NCBI GenBank assembly: GCA_905204915.1
Contig: CAJLBR010000002.1
Span: 21,661 to 53,660, forward strand
From: an uncultured Clostridium sp.
GTDB lineage: Bacteria > Bacillota > Clostridia > TANB77 > CAG-465
Direction: 5' to 3'
Length of the DNA stretch: 32,000 bases
Of the stretch, positions 26,886 through 32,000 are shown in pieces. The position numbers and the translations under genes were made by a program. The number at the start of each line of letters is the position of its first letter. The first letter of the stretch is position 1. The notes under the pieces were generated by a model. The model saw only the letters and a list, made by a program, of their open reading frames with translations, had not been told where the DNA came from and did no database searches.

Positions 26886-26888
26886 TAT

Positions 26889-27212
26889 TTACTTGTATAT
26901 TTCACCTTTAAATTTTTTTACATTAGAACTAACAAATATTTTTCTACTTAACATATATTTTATTATAAACATAAGTGCTTCTATAGAATTTTCTTCCTTA
27001 CAACTAATTAGTATTAAAGCTACTATTGGAATACTGGTTCCACAAAAAACACTAAATGCTGTTTCTAGTTCTATTTTTAAACTTGAAAATAACTTTATAC
27101 TTACTAAAACATAAATTAGCAAAAATAAAATTAGTCTATAATCAATTATTCCTAACCACTTATTATTTCTTTTAAAATTTAAGTAATAATAATTCTTATT
27201 TTTTATCTCCAT
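26889..27212 (-). CDS. Small two-TM membrane protein, VirB3/PrgI/TcpE-like candidate
   Basis: 107 aa with two hydrophobic helices (LILFLLIYVLVSIKLF; FCGTSIPIVALILISC) after a basic N-terminus. Starts 7 nt after the upstream stop, with GAGG overlapping it. Confidence 0.4.
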   Translation of the reverse strand: MEIKNKNYYYLNFKRNNKWLGIIDYRLILFLLIYVLVSIKLFSSLKIELETAFSVFCGTSIPIVALILISCKEENSIEALMFIIKYMLSRKIFVSSNVKKFKGEIYK

Positions 27213-27219
27213 TCATACC

Positions 27220-28056
27220 TCACAATTTTTCTTTATTTGAACTAAAAATAGATATATTGGCCATAATATGATTTACTAAATCATTCAATTTAAATATTAT
27301 ATAAATTGTGCCTAATAATATAACTTTAAATAACATACCTTTTTTATCAGTTACTGCTAAAGGAATTAATATTATAAACTTTATAAATACTTGAACAGAT
27401 AGATTGGTTATAATTAGTTTAAACCAGGTTTCAAATATGCCTCTAGTCGAGTCACTTGCTAAAAACATAAAGCTAAACGGGGCTATAAGTATCAAAAATA
27501 TTACTTTTACATATCTTACAGAAAAACTAATTAAAACATTTATTATTCCAAAAGATATCATTCCTTTTATTAATCCATCAATACTTAAAGCATCATTTTT
27601 CATCAGGTCATCAACAGATAAAATAACTTCTTTTAAATTGTTAAATGTTGCAGGTTTATTTATCATAAATTCTATTATTTTATCAACACAGTCGGTAATC
27701 ATTCCAAATAAATTTAAGATTTGTTCACAAAACCAATATCCATTTGTAACCAATATAGATATTACCAATATTTTAGTTAAATATAAAAAGATATTTTCGC
27801 ATTTACTTCCGTTGTATATGGCTATTAATTGTTTTAATATAAAACATATTGTAAATATCATTATAAGACTTCTTGCTAATGTCTGTATTAACTCTATATT
27901 ATTTATTTTTAAAATTAGTTTTAAGGGTTCCACCTTTAGTATTTTCTCATCTATACGTATTATATCATCTAATAATTTATAAACCTTATCGTCTATATTT
28001 TTTATTATTTTTTCAGATAACATATTTAAACTATTAATTATATTTTGACTTTCCAT
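27220..28056 (-). CDS. Polytopic membrane protein, VirB6/TrbL-like candidate
   Basis: 278 aa with at least 5 predicted TM segments by eye. Start overlaps the upstream stop (TAATG). Confidence 0.45.
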   Translation of the reverse strand: MESQNIINSLNMLSEKIIKNIDDKVYKLLDDIIRIDEKILKVEPLKLILKINNIELIQTLARSLIMIFTICFILKQLIAIYNGSKCENIFLYLTKILVISILVTNGYWFCEQILNLFGMITDCVDKIIEFMINKPATFNNLKEVILSVDDLMKNDALSIDGLIKGMISFGIINVLISFSVRYVKVIFLILIAPFSFMFLASDSTRGIFETWFKLIITNLSVQVFIKFIILIPLAVTDKKGMLFKVILLGTIYIIFKLNDLVNHIMANISIFSSNKEKL

Positions 28057-28376
28057 TAAATAAGACCATCTATAAATTTAATAATTAAATCAATTGACAA
28101 AACTATTGCATACCCAACTATAGCATTAACAATAACCTTTTTTCCTCTCATCATTTTTTCATCATCACCAAAGCTTAATTTCCTCATCAAAACACCAGCT
28201 GCAATAGCAATTCCCGCCACCGGAGTTGAAAGTTTTACTAAATATCCCTGTATTTTCTTAAACGCTGAATTTAATTTTGTGACTAATGTCGGATCTGTTG
28301 CACCATAAATACTACTAAAAACTAACATAGCTATTACCACTACTGTTACTACAACTATTACCTTTGTTTTATTCAT
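28056..28376 (-). CDS. VirB2/TrbC-like pilin candidate
   Basis: 106 aa with a signal-peptide-like N-terminus ending SSIYGA, then two hydrophobic helices separated by a charged loop (RKLSFGDDEKMMRGKK). GGGAGG RBS. 8-nt overlap with the upstream gene. Confidence 0.5.
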   Translation of the reverse strand: MNKTKVIVVVTVVVIAMLVFSSIYGATDPTLVTKLNSAFKKIQGYLVKLSTPVAGIAIAAGVLMRKLSFGDDEKMMRGKKVIVNAIVGYAIVLSIDLIIKFIDGLI

Positions 28377-30192
28377 TTATATCTTCCTCCCATCTTTTAA
28401 ATTTAACTTTTTTATATATTTTAGTTTCCATGCCATCTGATATTAACGCAAGAGCCTCGAAAGTTTTTAAATTGTAGATTAAATAACTTTCATCTAAGTT
28501 ATAATCTTTGGTTTCAGTTACGGTAAAACTTTGTGAAAGCGAAGTTTTATAACTTCTAAATTTATTTGATAACATGCTATATCTGGAATTATCACCCCCT
28601 TCACTTATACTAAAAGACTTATTTTTATTAGTAATTTTTCCGGTAAGTTTTATTATTTCTTGAATTGTGTACATATCATCATTTCTGAAAAATATTTTAT
28701 TTACAAAATTTTGTATAATTACATTTGCTGATTTTTCATTTTTTAAGGTATTAATAAGAGAACTATAACTTTGCATACTAACAACATTTATGCATTTATA
28801 TTCTCTAGAAATTGAAAAAAAGTGAGCATCTTCTTCATTAACAAATTCTTGATACTCGTCACATATAAAGAAAATATCTTTTCCGCAGTGTTTTGTAACT
28901 ACTTGTCTTTGAAAATCTAATTTTAAATATGTAGATAAAATTTGTGCAATTTTCTTATTGCTACCAAAATCAATTGATAAAACTACAACTTTATTTGAAT
29001 AAAAATCTAATATTTCACTTTTAGAACAAAACTTTTTATTTATTTTATAATCTGATACGAATATACTGGTCATACGTGTAATTTCTGATTTAATGATTCC
29101 TAAAGTTCTTTCATCTAAATTCAAATATTCATTTAAAATATTCTGTATAGCCGAATTAAGTTCAAACAACTCCTCATCTGTGAATTTATTTTTTAAAATA
29201 TTATTTTTAATTTCAGTTATCTTGCTGCTAAGATAGTCTGGATCTATTGCCATACTATGAAGTTCATAAAAACTTACTGAATTATTTAACGCCCTTAAAA
29301 TTACAATAAAACTTCTTATATACTCTTCAGATTTATCTAGCCAATAAGAATCAGAATTATTATTATCACTAATTAGAGTCAGTACTTTTTTTATTATACT
29401 TGCTAACTCAATTGAACTTACGCTAAGATTAAGAGGATTATAACAAAATGAGGAATCTAATGAAATTTCTACTAGTCTATCTTGAAGCTTATATTTTTTT
29501 AAGACATTTTTTACAGTATTTATATAGTTTCCTTTTACATCTATTATCAAACCATAAATTTTATTTTTTATTAAGCTATCTAATATATTTGTAATTGCAG
29601 AACTTGTCTTGCCACTTCCTATACTACCAGTTATTAAAATATTTTGATATAATCCATTTTTTTGCAAACTTACATTATCTTCGTTTTCATCTTTTCCTAA
29701 AAATATGAAACCATTTTCTGTAATATTTTTATTTGGTTTATTTTTTGAAACAATTAAGAGTAAAATTCTATATACTACACAGAATATAAAATAAATTGAA
29801 ATAAAATAATAAAAAAATTTAAAGTATTTATACTTAGAATCTAATATTGTTGAAATACAAAGTTGTTTATTAAAAATTTTAATGTAAAAAAAGTTTGAAA
29901 TTAAAAATTTATATGTTAAAGCTATTTTAATAGCTACTATACTCAAAGATACAAGTATTACAATACCATAATCCTTGTATCCTAATTTAGATGGATTAAT
30001 GACTTTTAAGAAAAAACTCTTTAAAGAAAATTTATTCGGGGCTTGTCCAAAGTTGCAAGTTATATCTTGCAGATTATTGTTTATATATTTTTTTAGTTTT
30101 GTGCCTGAACCAGATAATATAAAAAGTTGATCCACATTGTAATATAACTTATAGAAAAAATAAACAGAAAGAAAAATATAATCAAATATCAT
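28369..30192 (-). CDS. Membrane-anchored T4CP-like (TraD/TrwB/VirD4 superfamily) ATPase, divergent second copy
   Basis: Three to four N-terminal hydrophobic segments. Walker A ITGSIGSGKTSSAI followed by IIDVKGNY. Walker B FFICDEYQEF. Block VVSMQSYSSL...IFFRNDD. ATG 30192 is preferred (AGGTGG 9 nt upstream); the ORF-track start at 30204 is GTG. Confidence 0.65.
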   Translation of the reverse strand: MIFDYIFLSVYFFYKLYYNVDQLFILSGSGTKLKKYINNNLQDITCNFGQAPNKFSLKSFFLKVINPSKLGYKDYGIVILVSLSIVAIKIALTYKFLISNFFYIKIFNKQLCISTILDSKYKYFKFFYYFISIYFIFCVVYRILLLIVSKNKPNKNITENGFIFLGKDENEDNVSLQKNGLYQNILITGSIGSGKTSSAITNILDSLIKNKIYGLIIDVKGNYINTVKNVLKKYKLQDRLVEISLDSSFCYNPLNLSVSSIELASIIKKVLTLISDNNNSDSYWLDKSEEYIRSFIVILRALNNSVSFYELHSMAIDPDYLSSKITEIKNNILKNKFTDEELFELNSAIQNILNEYLNLDERTLGIIKSEITRMTSIFVSDYKINKKFCSKSEILDFYSNKVVVLSIDFGSNKKIAQILSTYLKLDFQRQVVTKHCGKDIFFICDEYQEFVNEEDAHFFSISREYKCINVVSMQSYSSLINTLKNEKSANVIIQNFVNKIFFRNDDMYTIQEIIKLTGKITNKNKSFSISEGGDNSRYSMLSNKFRSYKTSLSQSFTVTETKDYNLDESYLIYNLKTFEALALISDGMETKIYKKVKFKRWEEDINE

Positions 30193-30264
30193 ACAGCAAT
30201 CCACCTAAGTCTATTTTACTACTTTTCATTTTGCTTTTCAAAATATTCTACATTATATTACACA

Positions 30265-30293
30265 ATATTATAAAACTTGCGATTTTCTGACAA
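30265..30293 (-). promoter_or_regulatory. Possible promoter of the four-gene T4SS-like operon
   Basis: Minus strand TTGTCA (30293..30288), 17 nt, TAATAT (30270..30265). Confidence 0.35.
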
Positions 30294-30350
30294 TATTTTT
30301 CGATGTTTATTATCTTTTTTCACTTTTTTTTAAAAAATTTTAAAAATCTA

Positions 30351-30379
30351 TTGACATTCGTCAAAAAATATAGTATTAT
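30351..30379 (+). promoter_or_regulatory. SigA-type promoter of the tRNA cluster
   Basis: TTGACA (30351..30356), 17 nt, TATTAT (30374..30379), about 20 nt before tRNA-Lys. Confidence 0.55.
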
Positions 30380-30399
30380 ATTTAAGCAGTACATTTTAT

Positions 30400-30475
30400 G
30401 GGCCATTAGCTCAGTTGGCAGAGCACTTGACTTTTAATCAAGTTGTCCGCAGTTCGAATCTGCGATGGCTCACCA
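30400..30475 (+). tRNA. tRNA-Lys (anticodon UUU), CCA encoded
   Basis: Hand-folded cloverleaf: acceptor GGGCCAT/ATGGCTC, anticodon loop CTTTTAA, T-loop TTCGAAT. Confidence 0.95.
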
Positions 30476-30481
30476 TAAAAT

Positions 30482-30556
30482 GGCCCGTTGGTCAATCGGT
30501 TAAGACATCGCCCTTTCACGGCGGAGTGAGGAGTTCGACTCTCCTACGGGTCACCA
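30482..30556 (+). tRNA. tRNA-Glu (anticodon UUC), CCA encoded
   Basis: Acceptor GGCCCGT/ACGGGTC, anticodon loop CTTTCAC, T-loop TTCGACT. Confidence 0.95.
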
Positions 30557-30562
30557 ATAATT

Positions 30563-30638
30563 GCTGGAATAGCTCAGTTGGTAGAGCAACGGTCTTGTAA
30601 ACCGTAGGTCCTCAGTTCAAATCTGAGTTTCAGCTCCA
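30563..30638 (+). tRNA. tRNA-Thr (anticodon UGU), CCA encoded
   Basis: Acceptor GCTGGAA/TTTCAGC, anticodon loop CTTGTAA, T-loop TTCAAAT. Confidence 0.95.
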
Positions 30639-30649
30639 ATGGAGAATGA

Positions 30650-30681
30650 ATCAATCAGAATAATCTGGTTGATTTTTTTAT
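30650..30681 (+). terminator. Intrinsic terminator of the tRNA operon
   Basis: 10-bp stem ATCAATCAGA / TCTGGTTGAT (one G-U), ATAA loop, then T7. Confidence 0.7.
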
Positions 30682-30720
30682 TTGTTAAATTACTGATATA
30701 AATCACTAATAATTTTAAAC

Positions 30721-30750
30721 AAAAGACGGCCTATTAATAGGTCGTCTTTT
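30721..30750. terminator. Bidirectional hairpin terminator
   Basis: AAAAGACGGCCTAT / ATAGGTCGTCTTTT palindrome with flanking A/T runs. Lies downstream of the minus-strand receiver gene. Confidence 0.6.
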
Positions 30751-30766
30751 TATACTTTTATTATTC

Positions 30767-31159
30767 TTATACTTTTTCCAAACATTTTACTTTACTTAAT
30801 GCCGATTTAATATTATCAATATCCATTCTTTCAACCACTTCAACGATATTAAATTTTTTATTTTGAACAATTTCTTCTGATAAGTGAGTAGAAGAATTTA
30901 CTATAACGGGGATTGCTATTTTTCTAGTTGCCATGGTTCTTAGCAAATTAATTCCCTGATATCGGTCATAATCTGTCTCTCCAGAAACCCCAAAACCCAT
31001 ATCCAGGAATATTAAATTACATTCTTCCTTATGTGTTATAATATATTTACAAGCCGTAAGTAAATCGTTTTTTACTGTAATCTCGTGATTTTCATCTTCC
31101 AAATAAAATTTTAACGCTTCAACTTTAAGTTCAGAATCATCCACGATTAAAATTTTCAT
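30767..31159 (-). CDS. Stand-alone response-regulator receiver domain (CheY-like, no output domain)
   Basis: MKILIVDDSE..., phospho-acceptor context IFLDMGF, about 130 aa. ATG 31159 is preferred (GGGAGG 7 nt upstream); the ORF-track start at 31174 is TTG. Confidence 0.7.
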   Translation of the reverse strand: MKILIVDDSELKVEALKFYLEDENHEITVKNDLLTACKYIITHKEECNLIFLDMGFGVSGETDYDRYQGINLLRTMATRKIAIPVIVNSSTHLSEEIVQNKKFNIVEVVERMDIDNIKSALSKVKCLEKV

Positions 31160-31211
31160 ATGCATACCTCCCAAATTATTGGTTAATTATTATTTTGCCT
31201 TAGCTATTATA

Positions 31212-32000
31212 TCATATAATATTTGATATTTCAATAAACTTTTCTATTTCTAGCTCTTCTGCTCTAGCATTTTCGGAAACTCCACATTTTTGCATAAGTT
31301 CATTTAGCTCTGCCTTGTTCATATTGTTAAATTTTACACTTTCCAAAGAGTTTACCATTTTCTTTCTTCTTTGGGCAAAAGCATCATGTACTAAGTCAAA
31401 AAATAACTTTTCATTATTAACTTTATACTTTTTTTGTTTTGTCATTCTAATAACCGCAGAAGTAACGTTTGGTGCTGGTATAAAACTTTCTTTTGGAACT
31501 ATAACTTGTATACTAGATTCAGATAAGTATTTTGCCATTACAGTAAGAATTCCATAATCTTTTGATTTTGGATTTGCAACTATTCTATCTGCAACCTCTT
31601 TTTGCACCATAACAGTAATATCACTAATTCTTGAAGAATCTTGCAATAATTTAAAAACTATTGGTGTAGTAATATAATATGGAAGATTAGCTATTACTTT
31701 TACACTTTTAAATTTTAACCCGAGCTTATTTTCCACATTTTCCACTTCTTTATCTATATCTATTTTCAAAATATCTTCATTAATAATATTATAATTATCT
31801 CTTGTAGAAAATCTATCACTAAGTATCTCTAACATATTTTTATCAATTTCTACTAGTAAGGCATATTTAGCCACGTCTAATATGTATTCCGTTAGATTTC
31901 CAAGCCCCGGGCCTATTTCTATTACTAAATCTTCATTTGTAACTTCAGAAGACTCTATTATTTTATTAAGAATATTATCATCAATTAGAAAGTTTTGACC
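31212..32000 (-). CDS. rsmA: 16S rRNA (adenine1518/1519-N6)-dimethyltransferase, 5' end outside the window
   Basis: The frame stays open to position 32000. The upstream part translates GQNFLIDDNILNKII...VIEIGPGLGNLTE (SAM-binding motif). NLPYYITTP follows inside the listed ORF. Confidence 0.9.
   Translation of the reverse strand, partial: GQNFLIDDNILNKIIESSEVTNEDLVIEIGPGLGNLTEYILDVAKYALLVEIDKNMLEILSDRFSTRDNYNIINEDILKIDIDKEVENVENKLGLKFKSVKVIANLPYYITTPIVFKLLQDSSRISDITVMVQKEVADRIVANPKSKDYGILTVMAKYLSESSIQVIVPKESFIPAPNVTSAVIRMTKQKKYKVNNEKLFFDLVHDAFAQRRKKMVNSLESVKFNNMNKAELNELMQKCGVSENARAEELEIEKFIEISNII

Noticed and set aside
30247-30264. WalR-like half-match on the minus strand (TGTAAT-ATAA-TGTAGA) upstream of the T4SS-like operon
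   Set aside because: The spacer is 4 nt rather than 5, and the second hexamer violates the consensus at position 5. This is expected by chance in AT-rich DNA.
30415-30600. 61-aa plus-strand ORF
   Set aside because: It spans the tRNA-Lys, tRNA-Glu and tRNA-Thr genes and is not coding.
13452-30640. The idea that the whole T4SS-gene-containing stretch is one integrative conjugative element inserted at the tRNA cluster
   Set aside because: - The stretch contains rnpB, gyrA and primosome genes, which are essential core genes.
- No integrase, relaxase or flanking direct repeats are visible.
- The T4SS-like operon lies on the 5' side of tRNA-Lys, whereas tRNA-targeting elements insert at 3' ends.
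4928-31174. N-terminal extensions in the ORF track (starts at 3654, 4940, 6342, 18761, 25869, 30204 and 31174)
   Set aside because: Most of these begin at TTG or GTG codons that overlap or precede the GGAGG ribosome-binding site of an in-frame ATG a few codons downstream; 3654 is an upstream ATG that precedes that site. The shorter ATG starts are better supported.
1-32000. Search for CRISPR arrays, rRNA genes, IS elements/transposases, long direct or inverted repeats, and toxin-antitoxin pairs
   Set aside because: Reading both strands, I found no regularly spaced repeats, rRNA signatures, DDE or serine/tyrosine recombinase-like ORFs, or long repeats. A computational repeat search would be needed to exclude short att-like repeats.

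Overview
Very AT-rich chromosomal segment (judged by eye, not computed) of Firmicutes type, such as Clostridia, Tissierellia or a similar low-GC lineage. Nearly all genes are on the minus strand, tightly packed, with GGAGG-type ribosome-binding sites. Recognisable core content: HD-GYP phosphodiesterase, fucO-type alcohol dehydrogenase with a divergent XRE regulator, a walR/walK-like two-component pair plus tatD, tspO, a murD-type ligase coupled to a PP-loop protein, small SRP RNA-dnaX-ybaB-recR, RNase P RNA, gyrA (no gyrB), a cbpA-like J-protein, a DnaD-like/DnaC(DnaI)-like loader pair, a tRNA-Lys/Glu/Thr cluster, an orphan receiver domain, and a 5'-truncated rsmA/ksgA. The unusual content is two separate type IV secretion (T4SS)-like modules inside this essential-gene neighbourhood. 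Module (i), 14269-19468, is a five-gene operon: CofE-like ligase, VanW/G5 wall protein, two unknown small proteins, and a classical VirD4/TraG coupling protein. Module (ii), 26889-30192, is a four-gene translationally coupled operon: a second divergent coupling-protein-like ATPase, a VirB2/TrbC-like pilin, a VirB6/TrbL-like polytopic protein, and a VirB3/TcpE-like protein. I see no VirB4, relaxase, integrase, transposase, attachment-site repeats, CRISPR array or rRNA in the window. Other leads are an unclassified ~275-nt structured transcript (19562-19838) with a perfect consensus promoter and an intrinsic terminator just upstream of module (i), and a candidate MurD2/MurL-type alternative D-Glu route. 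All functional calls come from reading motifs in the supplied translations; no database search was possible.
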